A stretch of 64,000 nucleotides of DNA from Nymphaea colorata. Lineage: Eukaryota. The stretch spans positions 12,214,001-12,278,000 of the forward strand of contig NC_045138.2 of the NCBI RefSeq assembly GCF_008831285.2, written 5' to 3'. How positions within the stretch are numbered: the stretch's first letter is position 1; each line of letters begins with the position of its first letter. Position numbers and translations under genes: made by a program. Below, piece after piece: positions 11,241 to 23,000 of this stretch. The notes below the pieces were generated by a model, which was not told the DNA's origin, did no database searches, and saw only the letters and a list, made by a program, of their open reading frames with translations.

Positions 11241-14200
11241 TAAAGAAAACAAGGAAGAGAGAATGGGAAACACAGAGCTTAACGTGGTTTGGAGAATGAT
11301 TCTCCTACGTCCACAATGATCCTCTCTCCCTCTTACTCTAGGAGAGGTTTCATTATTTATAGAGGAAGAATTACATTATGTCAATCTTGGAAAGATGTCT
11401 TTCCTTTTGTTTACAGTTTCTTATTCATCCATTGGGATTTACTTCCCTTTGTTGGCTTGATAGTTTCTTCTTCCATGCTGCTGTAATCATGGGATTTTAT
11501 CAGTGGATGCTGATTTTCTTTTTCCTCAATTTTCTTGCCTTTGTCTTCAGCTCGTTTTTCTTACCTTTGTGGTGCGTTTCCAGAATCAGCGCTGATTGGG
11601 ATCTCATTGGATCTGCTATGCTAACATCCCCCCCTCAAACTCAATGGTCTGGAACGAACATTGAGTTTGAAACGTCCTTGAGCAAATGCTTCTGTGGATA
11701 GAGCTTTGGTGAGAGGATCCGCCAATTGATGAGAGGCAAGAATGTGTCTCACAGAAAGTTGCCTTCGAGCGACAAGATCTCTGACAAAGTGGACATCGAG
11801 TTCAATATGTTTACTTTTCTCGTGAAGAACCGGATTCGCCGTCATATAGGTGGTACTAATGTTATCGCACCAAAGGATTGGTGGTTCAGAAAGAGAGATA
11901 CCCATATAGTGTAATAAATATTTAAGCCAAAGGATCTCTGCAGCAGTGTTGGCGACTGCCCGGTACTCAGCTTCAGTGGAGGATCGAGCAACAGTGGGTT
12001 GTTTGTTCGAACTCCAAGAGATCAAATTCTGGCCAAGGAAGATAGCATAGGCCCCAATGGACTTGCGATCGTCTGGACAGCCAGCCTAATCTACATCAGA
12101 GTAGGCATGCAGGTGAGTGGATGAGTTGTGTTTGAGGAGAAGGCCATGATGAATGGTGGCTTTGGCATAGCGTAATATCCGTTTCACTGCATTCCAGTGG
12201 TCAGTCGTAGGAGTGTGCATGAACTAACAAAACTTATTGACTGCATAGGATAGATAGGGCCTAAATGGTGAGGTATTGAAGAGCCCCAACTGTCTGGCGA
12301 TATAGTGTGGCATCTGAGAAGGGTGTTCCAACCTTTGTCAGTGAGGATTTTGCTGGTAGAGGCATAGAGATAGGCTTGGCACCAGTCATATGTGTCCGAG
12401 TCAAAATGTCAATGATATATTTTTGTTATGACAGGAGCAACCCTTCAGTTGTTGGAATAGCCTGAATACCCAATAAATAATGTAACTGGCTGAGATCTTT
12501 GGGAGAGATGAATTAATTCAGTAACCTGTACAGTAGAGTTACCTGTGATTAGAATATCATCAACATAAACCATGATAAAGATCCTAACTTGATCAGTAAT
12601 CAAGGTGAACAATGAAGTGTCAGCCTGAGACATTTTAAAGCCCATTTGAGATAGTGTCAGACTGAGACGATGGTACTAGGCTCTTGGAGCTTGTTTAAGT
12701 CCATAAATTGCTTTATGAAGTTTGCACACATAACCTGGGTGATGTCGATCCTCAAATTTTAGAAGCTGAGCCATATATATATCTTCAATCAGATCTTCAT
12801 GAAGGAACACATTATTAACATCGAGCTGTTTTATAGGCCATCTGAGAGAAGTAGCGAGAGATAAAACAATGCACACGGTAGCTGGCTTTACAACAGGGCT
12901 GAATGTTTCATAGTAGTCGATGCCTTCAATTTGATCATAGCCTTGGCGACCAACCGAGTCTTGTAACATTCCAAAGTTCCATCAGCTTTACATTTAATCT
13001 TGAAGATCCATTTACACCCTATAATGGTATATGTCCGGTCTGGTGGAACAAGAGTCCATGTTCCATTTTGATGAAGAGCTTGCATTTCGTCGGCCATAGC
13101 CTCCTGCCAATGGACTGACTTGAGTGCTTGGATATAAGTCCTTGGTTCCTGGTTGGAGCAATATTGAGTGACATGAGCAGTGGGAAGAGGGTAGGCTGTT
13201 GGAAATGAGAGTTTGGGTTTTTTCGTACCATCTTGTGAGCGAGTGATCATACTATGGGTTCGAAGAGATGGCATTTGAGGATCTGTAGTTGGAGGTTCGG
13301 CAGGCATAAGTGTTGTGAATTGGGTGACATTTGGTTCACATGTAGAACTGGTTAGACTGGATAGTGGCTGACCCGAGGGATTGTTGGGTAAGGGAGGTAT
13401 CACAGGTAAACGAATAGGTATTGGTGTGGTGGTAGGATGGGTAACATCAAGTGGTTTTGGCTGATCAAGGAATGGAAAATTTGACTCATTGAACACAACA
13501 TGTCGGCTGACAATGATTTTGGAACTTTGTAGGTTGTAACATAAGTATCCCTTGTGGACATTAGAATACCCAAGAAAGATGTGTTTGGAGGATTTTGGCT
13601 GAAGCTTGTGGTCGCGATAAGATTGTAGGTTTGGGTAGACAGTGCAGCCAAACACTCGCAGAAAGGTATAATCTGGAGTTCGTTTGTGTAAAGTTTCAAA
13701 GGGAGACTTGCCTTTGAGTCCAGTTGTAGGAACACAGTTCAATAAGTATGCTGTTGTGCTAAAAGCATATGTCCAAAATTCTGCTGGAACACCTTCATGT
13801 TTAAGAAGAGAGAGACCTGTTTCTACAATGGTGCGATGTTTTCTTTCAGCAGTGCCATTCCGCTCATGTGTATGCAGACATTAAATTTTTCTTTCAATAC
13901 CATGATCTTGAAAGAATTGGTTAAGCGTTGCATACTCACCACCATCGTCAAATTGGAAAATTTTAATTTTTGTGTCATATATATGTCAACTTTCACCTTG
14001 AATGCTTTGAACGCTTTTTCAACATCAGACTTATATGTTAGAAAGTAAATCTATGTAAACTTAGAGTATTCATCTATAAAGGAGACATAGTATCGATATC
14101 TATCTTTGCTAAACATGGGCGCTGGACCCCAGACATCCGAGTGAACAACTTCTAAAGGTTTAGTGGCCTTATGATCAGATTGAGTAAAAGGAAGAGCATG

Positions 14201-16702
14201 TGATTTCCCAGATTGGCAAGCATCACAAAAATAATTGTTTTTGACATCATAATCAAAAGGAAGTTGAAATCATCTCAAGATAAAATTAACAGTATTCAAG
14301 GCAGGATGTCCTAGTCTAGCATGCCATCTACTAACTGTCGTCCGTTCTCCATATAATACCACCTTCTCAATTTGACACTAATTGATTTCTGGTTGTGGAA
14401 GTTGAAGACGATAAAGGTCGTTGTTACACTTTCCTTGAAGTATCACCACCCCTGTACACTGGTCCTTCACCACACAATGATCGGTAGAAAATTCAAACAA
14501 AACTTGATTATCCTTGCAGCATTTATTTACAGATAACAGATTATGAACCATTTTAGGAGCATGAAGAATATCACGCAAGGCAACAGTAGATTTAAGAAGA
14601 CGAAAGAAAGCTGACCCAATGTTTTTAATGTACACAGCTGTTCCATCTCCAACCTTGACAGTGTCATTTCCTTCATAAGGTTCATGAATAGTCATCGACC
14701 CAAGAGAATTGGTGATGTGATGGGTTGCTCCTGTGTCAGGGATCCAGTTTGCATCATCTAGCATATGTGGATCTGAGTGATATACCTAAGCATTTGAGGA
14801 TGGTGACGAGTTCGTGTTGGTAATAGCTGTTTCGTTGTGATCATTCTTTGCTATTTTAAAGCAAGTCTTGGCACTGTGACCCATTTTATCATAAAATTGA
14901 CAAATAATACGACTTTTTCCACCAAAATCAGACCTGCCATGTCCTGCATCAGATCTGCCATGGCCTCGACCACGACCCCTTTGAATCATTGGGGGCTGAC
15001 TTCGGTTGAAATTTTCCCTAGTTGTTGAATATGGTTGGGCATAATGGGCAGCAGGAGTAAACGTTTCATGCTCAAATTCATGATCTTTAAGTTGTGTCTC
15101 TTGAGTGAGTAGTAAGCCATGCAAGTCATTAAGAGATATCGGATCTACTCGAGTGGTCAAAGAAAAAGCCGAGTATTCTAGGGGAAGTCCTCTCAAAATG
15201 TGCATAATTAAGTCCTCCTCTTCTACTGGTTTTGATGCAACAACAAGTTGGTGAGCCAACATCTTGGCTTTATAAAAATAATCATCCATAGTTAAATTTC
15301 CTTTTCGAAGGCCTTGTAGTTGTTCCTTGAGTTGCATGATTCTTGAGCGGGAATGAGCAGCATAGGACTCTTTTAAGAGCATTCCATACCTCATATGACG
15401 TCTTGAGCCCAACTACTTGGGCAAGAACAGTTTCAGACAATGAGGAAATAATACAACTTAAGAGAAGTTCATCTTGCCTCATCCAAGTCACATATTCAAG
15501 ATTAATAGATTGAGATCTCCCATCACTACTAGTGATATATTGGTTTGGACATGGTTTAGAACCATCGATGAACCCAAGCAAATCATATGAATATAGAGAG
15601 GTAGAAATTGCTATTCCCACAGTAAAAAATTATCCACAGTCAACTTGATGTTCAAATATTGCTGTAAAGTGGTTGGTGCAGGCAGTAAAGGTAAAGTAGT
15701 ACCCTCCAATGACGTCTGAGTTACAGCTCCGTTTGATGCCATAATGAATCACAAATCTGGTCAAGTTTGGAGCTGTTGAATCCTCAATGGAATGGAGGTA
15801 CTTTCTGCTATAAACTCGCAGTGTTTCTGCTATAAACTGGCAGTGAACGATCACCTGAGGAGACAACATCAGTCAATAAACAGGAAGGGCGGAAATCAGC
15901 GACCGTTCTTCCTGCTTCTCAATCAGCGATGCTTCAAAAATCAAGTGCTTCCTTCTCCAAGGCCCAAAAAATCTGCAAATGCACTGGAAGCATCTGCACA
16001 CGTCTAGGAAAAGTTCGGATTCCTGCTCGATAGCTGGAGTGACCGATTTTGACAATGCCAGCACAAAAGGATACCGTGAATAGGCAGGCAGAACTTCCTC
16101 TGTTCTGCCTCTGTTTCAACAATAGGGAGCGATCGTTTATTTCCTCTGGCTCCAGAAAAAAAATGCAGAAACGCCTTGGGGAATGATATGCAGAAGCCTT
16201 GGCTTATTCTGGACTCTGCCTGACGACAAGAGTTGTTGGATTTGAACACGCCAGTAAAGATTCTCACCGTGAATGGTGATTTCCAGTGGAAGGCACAGTC
16301 TGTTTTCAACAGCTGCTTTTCACAGCTCTGATAAAAAAAACAAGGAAGAGAGAATGGGAAACACAGAGCTTAACCTGGTTCAGAGAATGATTCTCCTATG
16401 TCCACAGTGATCCTCTCCCCCTCTTACTCTAAGAGAGGTTTCATTATTTATAGAGGAAGAATTTCAGCATGTCAATCTTGGAAAGATGTCTTTTCTTTTG
16501 TTTACAGTTTGGCTTATTCATCCATTGGGATTTACTTCCCTTTGTTGGCTTGATGCTGTAATCATGGGATTTTATCAGTTGACGCTGATTTCCTTTTTCC
16601 TCAATTTTCTTGCCTTTGTCTTCAGTTCTTTTTTCTTGCCTTTGTGGTGGGTTTCCAGAATCAGTGCTGGATTGGGATCTCCTTGGATCTGCTATGCTAA
16701 CA
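11241..16702 (-). mobile_element. Full-length degenerate Ty1/Copia LTR retrotransposon (LTRs 16332-16702 and 11241-11626)
   Basis: Paired LTRs; TSD ACAAC at 11236-11240 and 16703-16707; PPT GAGGGGGGGA at ~11627-11636; partial PBS. Gag with zinc knuckle, protease WIPDTGATHH, integrase, RT YVDDILITG, RNase H SSTEAEY and KHIELDVHFVRD. Many stops and frameshifts. Confidence 0.95.
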
Positions 16703-19647
16703 ACAACAATGAGCCACTAATCCCTGTTTCCGAGATCTAAAAATGAGTTAGTAGGTGCCTGTCTTTACAGCTAGCTACCAGAGTGCCATCATGCAAGCAA
16801 CCCAGGTAGATAATTCCAACCATAGCCACAAATATCCGCAAGGTTTTTTTTTGGGTGTTTATCTGCAAAGTTGTTGTTTTTTTTTTTTTTTGGGAAAATC
16901 TCAGGAAAATCTCGGGGTTTTTAAAAACATAAAAAATCAAAATGTTAGGTAGAAATAAAAGAAATGAAAAACTAGTAAGTTTTGTATTGCATTTAGGAGG
17001 TTATGTTAAATACCTAAAGCAAGAGGAAATAAAACAATGAAACAAAGATTGAAAAAAATAAAAAACAGAAAATGAAATAATATGGCGATGTTTTCCTTTT
17101 TTATCATTTTTTTTATTTTTCTTTCTAATATCGGGATATTTTTGAAAATATCACCATATTTGCTGCTATGATTCCAAACCATCCTCTAACTGGCTATAAA
17201 ACGTTTCTGGAACAAAAATCACCAGAACGAGTATCTTTTTCAGGTGCCTAAACAAATATTTTGTAAATTATGGGTTAATTACATATTGTTCCAGCAGTTA
17301 TCTATAATATAATCCAGAAGCATGTTAAAATTTTATGCAGAGCTAGGTACTGTAGAGAAAAACCAGAGAACGAAAAATCATGACTTGCACAAACTGTAAC
17401 AATTATTTTTTATTCGTTTTAACTCCGATTTTGGCACCATGTCGTCTTGGTAAGATCTTTTGATCCTGTGATGACTTAAAGAGTATATTTAAAGATGCAA
17501 AATGATAATCATATGTGTTTCCTGCTAAAATAAAAATAGTCATCAAAATACATCTACGTAATTAGATTACACCAAAAGGCATATTAACTTAATTACATAA
17601 AGTTGCCTATATTTTTTTCTCTAACTTAACTGGTCTAGGAGATGCTGTTTCCTCGTCTAATATCTTAGATTTGGTTATCCAGTAATAGTTAGTGAATTTA
17701 AAGTTCCTTTATGAAAAATGTTTTCTTCCATTGAAATCATACAGATGCCCTTTGAAAGGGTTTGAGCCGGGTGACTAAATTAATAGACTTGCCAAAATTA
17801 AAATTGATTGGTCAGAATATTAATTAACTCATAGAAAATGACAATATTTTGAAATGTAAAATCTTGATAGAAATGTGAGTGCGGGTTACCTACACTGTAG
17901 AACCTTAAGCCTGGCTCCTTGTTGCCAGGCGTTACAAAATAGTGTCCTCCTGTTTTTCCTCCATCGATTAGCGTGACCTATGCAATTAATAAAGTGTTTT
18001 CTTTTTCAGTTAAAAGAATTGTAAAGCTTTCATATGAAAACGTTTGAAGTTTCTATTTGGGGACACCACTTTCGGTCATAATATCAATTTTTTTTTTCAT
18101 ACTTGTTACTGAAATCCTGAGTTGCATGTCGCGAACTTGTATCGTCACACTTTGCCACTGAGATGACACATACGCAAAAATATTGACAACACACACAAAT
18201 AATATTTTGAGATTCAAGGAAACAATTACAATTATGATATATAAGATTAACAAGGAAATGTTTTGATAAGGGAACCAGAATGGATGCATGAAGCGCGTCC
18301 TTTTCTATTGATGGTTAGAAAGGAATCCATTGAAATTAGTTTTCACAATACTACCCACAAGTGGTACATCAGATTCTTAACTAGCTACCCTGGATAAGGA
18401 ATGCAAATGAAATGAATTCGAATAAGCTAAACACGTAGAAAGCAGATTTGAAATAGGATTAATTATGGTGGAAAATAGCAAGAAGTTCATACGAATTAAT
18501 CTGATCATGTGCGGCTCCATGGAATGGATTTCTAGAGTGATGGCGACTGCCGTCTGTAATAACTCTCTTGTCTCTAATAGGAAAAAATGTATAGAGATCC
18601 ATCAAATAATCACAAGCAATGTTGTTAACACTTGTAGGGGGAACGAATTTAGCAAACTGGGTTAAAAGAGTTCGTGCCTTTGGTATATACTCACTTGTCC
18701 TCTAACATTTTCGGTCATCAACGTCATAGAGGGGTTGTCAGTGAATTATTTTGTCAGCCAAGTGGCAGTTTGTTGTTTATCAGAGGTTCAATGTTCAAGT
18801 GTTGAGCAGTAATTCTAATTATTTCAAGAATTTAAAACAAGCATGTATCATCAAACAACTGAAAAACACAGAACCCCAAGTGAAAATTAAGATTTGTATG
18901 CTTCCTTCATTAAGGACGTCAAAATATAAAGATGAACACCAACTTTTTTCTTTTCATCTATTAGAATTTTGTAAAATTCTAGCCGGCAATCTGAACTTGG
19001 ATATTAATCGATTCCACATATTCAACAAGAACTGTATCATGCCCAATAATATTGTTAATTATACCAAATAATAGTGGGGGCCATGGAAAAGTTATATAGA
19101 CATTAATGCTGATAAAATTTAATACCAAAACAAAACATGGTTGTCCGAGATTTTGGGTAAGCAAGAGGATTAATCACACTATTCTACCAAGAGCCTAAAC
19201 CCCCCTCTTCCCCTTTTTCTCTTGCCCTTAGGTTTTTCAAGGCATCCGTATTAAGCGGTGAGATTCCCACCTGCTTCAACTTATACTTAGGGACCTGCCC
19301 CTTTTTATGGTATAGGAGCATAACCCCCATGGGTGGAATCGGTGACGTACCACACAACACGTCTCAGCCTGCCCATTTGAGCAATGCCGTTAGGGGCCTG
19401 GGCATTAGAGATTAACACAGAAAAAAGGAAAGGAAAATGAAATGCGAATATGAGATAGACTTGGCGATATTTCTTGCTTCAGTGACATGAAAGTACGATT
19501 TGGTAAGGCCGAACATTATACTTGGATGTACAATTTGGCAAGTTATAATAATGATCATGCCGAGTACTCCATCAGATCAGTTTCCCTTGGGAAGAGTTGG
19601 CATCTTCCAGATACAAACACCGTCCATCTCGATGGCTCCTCTGTTAG

Positions 19648-20012
19648 CTAGTACCGTCGACTCCTCCATGCAAGAACTACAAAGACATCTTGCAGTTGGG
19701 ACACATCCGTTGTCACCTGTATTGTATAGCAATGCACTCCCTCCCTTGCATTCACGATGCTCTCTACTCTCAAGTTCAATTCGACTTACCCTTGACTTCT
19801 GTAATTTTCTCAAACACAATAATGTCGTCGTCCATGATCACTATGTAGACGGGTGAGAGGACCTTGTTTAAGCCCAGCTTCAGTTGTGCTCTTCTCAACC
19901 AAGTAAATGGCAATGATGGGGTCATAAATTTCAGCTGTTGTCGTCCTTTTGCTACCCCTGGCACCAAAGACCCTGACATCTTGAACTTTTTCAAGCTCTC
20001 AAAAGTCATCTC
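19648..20012 (-). CDS. TNL exon 5: post-LRR C-terminal domain; stop at 19776 as read, or 19648 if a 1-bp deletion near 19787 is restored
   Basis: Acceptor TCTCAG|GAG at 20012 is in phase with exon 4. Reads EMTFESLKKFKMSGSL...IVIMDDDIIVFEKITEVKG; an adjacent frame continues VELNLRVESIVNAREGVHCYTIQVTTDVSQLQDVFVVLAWRSRRY*. Confidence 0.7.
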
Positions 20013-23000
20013 CTGAGACAAAGAAGATCATCATCAATATAGAACATCCATTTTACACGTATTCTTGGAGTCCTTCGATAACAGCGAATCACGAAAACAG
20101 TAAAAGATCCATTTGATAGAGGGGACCATATTGCTATGACTGGTAGTTCGCACCCTGACCCTGCTACTTTAGAATTTCAAAATCTGTGATTCCATTATTC
20201 TTGGTTGATCCGGTAGAGTGCTTCCTTTTGTGTGAAATTTGAGTTATTTTCTTGTTCATACTTTATAAGTTGGTCAATTTGTTCAGAAATAACTATCTAT
20301 CAATTTATTATATTTAAAAGCAATTGCTAACTGCATTCTTTTAATTTACTACTTGCTCCTCGTCCATTGTCGAGCTCATGAAGGGAACCCGTAAAATCTG
20401 AAGACATATTTGTTTAACATTATAATTACTTGGTCCTCGTTCGATTTACATAATGTTATAGAAAAATATACTGTTTCATGACACTTTCTGTTATATATAT
20501 ATATATAGGGTGGAGCTAGAAGTTCTGGTTAAGGGAAACTAGTAACAAATTTTAAATTTGAAAGGGGCTATATACATGTGTGTGTGTGTGCGCGTGTTTG
20601 TAATTTCCATTACTAGACTATACAGCAAGTGTATGAGTGGAAATATCTTCTTAAGTCTATACACTGCTAATTTTATTTTCATGAACAAGTAAGCTAAATT
20701 GATAAATTATTCAATGTTGTACAAATATTTAGAAGTACCTATGCTTTTGCCACAAGAAGTATCACATTTATGGTACTGTATGATTCAAAATATTGTTAAT
20801 CTTGTAGTTTTGCTCAATTTACTGATAATTATGTCATGTTTTTAACTTTATCTTCATGCGCTTTCTAGTTTTAATTTCAGGTTCTGCCACTAACGATACC
20901 ATTACAAGAGTAAATGTGGTGCAATTTTCCAATATAATGAACAACAAGATAACATATGCCTCATACATACCTTGAACACTTTGTTTTTGAAATCACGACT
21001 AAAGTGGCAACACCCCATGAAATCACAAGGACCAGGCAGTTCTAGCACTTCCAAGTTCCTTGAAACATTTTCGAGGCCAGGCACATCTTCAAGCAACTTA
21101 CAACCACCCAAATTCAACTTCTCTAGAGTTTTCAAGTCTGAAATATTTGACATTGTTCTCAAATTGGTGCATCCAGAAGCATCAAGTGAGAGTAGAGAAG
21201 AGGGAAGCCAAGGAAGATACTCAAGCCTTTTGCAGCCTTTCAAATGAAGTGACTCTAAGGATGTGAGGCGAGCCCAACCTGTTTGTCGAATAGAAGCAGT
21301 GATCATACTTTCCAAGTTCTCACAACCACTTAGCAATAGACATTTAAGTCTTCCCAATGACTCATGAATTGCTGCATGCAAGTATTTTAGTTTATTGCTC
21401 CTGAATGAGAAGCTCGCAAGATTTTCCAATCGCCCAATCAAATAAGGTGGAACTCTAAAATTGTCACAATGTAAATTTAAATATTCTAGACTTTGTAATG
21501 TTTCCATAGAGTTAGGCAAAGCTTCGAGGTTCAAGCACTTCAGTGACAAGAACCAAAGCCTTGTTAGAGAGCCAAGGGAGTTAGGCAAAAATTTGAGGCA
21601 ATGGGAGTCGACCTTAAAGTATTCAAGGCTTTTTAATCCTCCAATAGAATCAGGTAGAGTCTTGAGGTTTGGGCACTTTAATTCTAAACTTGAAACTCTT
21701 TTCAGCAACCCAATAGAGTCAGGTAGAGCTTCAAGACCGTTAGACCACACCTCAAAATGTCTAAGTTGCTTCAAACCTCCAAACAAAATAGGTATAGCTT
21801 CGAGGCTCATGCAATGTAGCTCCAAATGATCAACCCTTCCTAGCAATGCAATCGAGCTTGGGAGGGCTTTCAAATTTGCAGATTCAATTTGGAAAAAGGA
21901 AATATTTTCCAACTCTCCAATCGAAGCAGGGAGAGCTTTGAGGTTCACGCAATTCAATGTAAACCGTAACATCCGTTTCAATGATCCGATTGAGTTGGGT
22001 AAAGCTTTAAGGTTTTCACACATGAGGCTCAACTTACTAAGTTGCTCAAGTGGCCCAATGCAGTCAGGCAGAGCTTTTAGATGCTTGCTCCTAACCTCTA
22101 ATTTGGTAAGGTTTTTGAAGTACCCCTCAATCCAATTGGGCAATTCTTTCAGCATTTCACAATCCAGCTGCAGCTCCTCAAGGTTTTCCATCCTTCCAAC
22201 ACAATCAGGAAACTCTTCTATTGCAGCATCATTCAAGTGAAGATGTTTTATGGCTTTGTGAGATTGGTCGCACAAGCCAAGCATCTCCAAAGATGAACTT
22301 GTCAATTCAATATTATTAATTGCTGCAAAATGAGGAAGGTCGTCCTCAGAACTCTTTAAGCTGGTTGCAGACATTTTCAACAGTCGTATGGATGTCAATT
22401 GTCTTATGGAACCAGGTAATGATTTTATGAGTTTGCAACCTTCTAAAGATAGCAGACGAAGGTTGTCAAGTCGTCCAACTGAATTGGGTATGGCCTCTAT
22501 TCTTGTACTGTCTAGAATAAGCTCCTCCAGTTTCTCCATGTCCCCTAATCTTTCTGGCAAAGAGCAGAGAGAAAAACATCCTCTAAGGTTGAGGGATTTC
22601 AACAACTTTAGTTGGCAAATGGAATTGGGTATCTCTCTCAAGCATTCTGAGTTCCTCAAAGATAGCAGACGGAGGTTAATAAGTTGTCCAATAGAATCAG
22701 GTATGACCTCAATGCATGTCCCAGAAAGGTCAAGCTTCTTTAATAGCTCCATGTCTCCTAAGCCTTCCGGTATAGAACAAAGGGCAGTGCCCCAACTCAA
22801 ATCAAGCATTTCAAGAGAACTTAACCGGAAAATGCAATCAGGTAACCTTGATAGTTTATAATTGCCCATAAGTAGCTCACTCAAGCTTGTAAGTTGTCCT
22901 ATTGAATCGGGTATCTCGATTATCCGTATTTCTCTAATGTCGAGTTTATTGAGTGATGCCATATCTCCCAACCGCTCTGGTAAAGAAGTCAAACTGGAAC

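Noticed and set aside
11289..11701. Hydrophobic, membrane-protein-like ORFs repeated at 16486-16740
   Set aside because: They lie in the two LTRs of one Copia; T-rich sequence produces Phe/Leu-rich translations.
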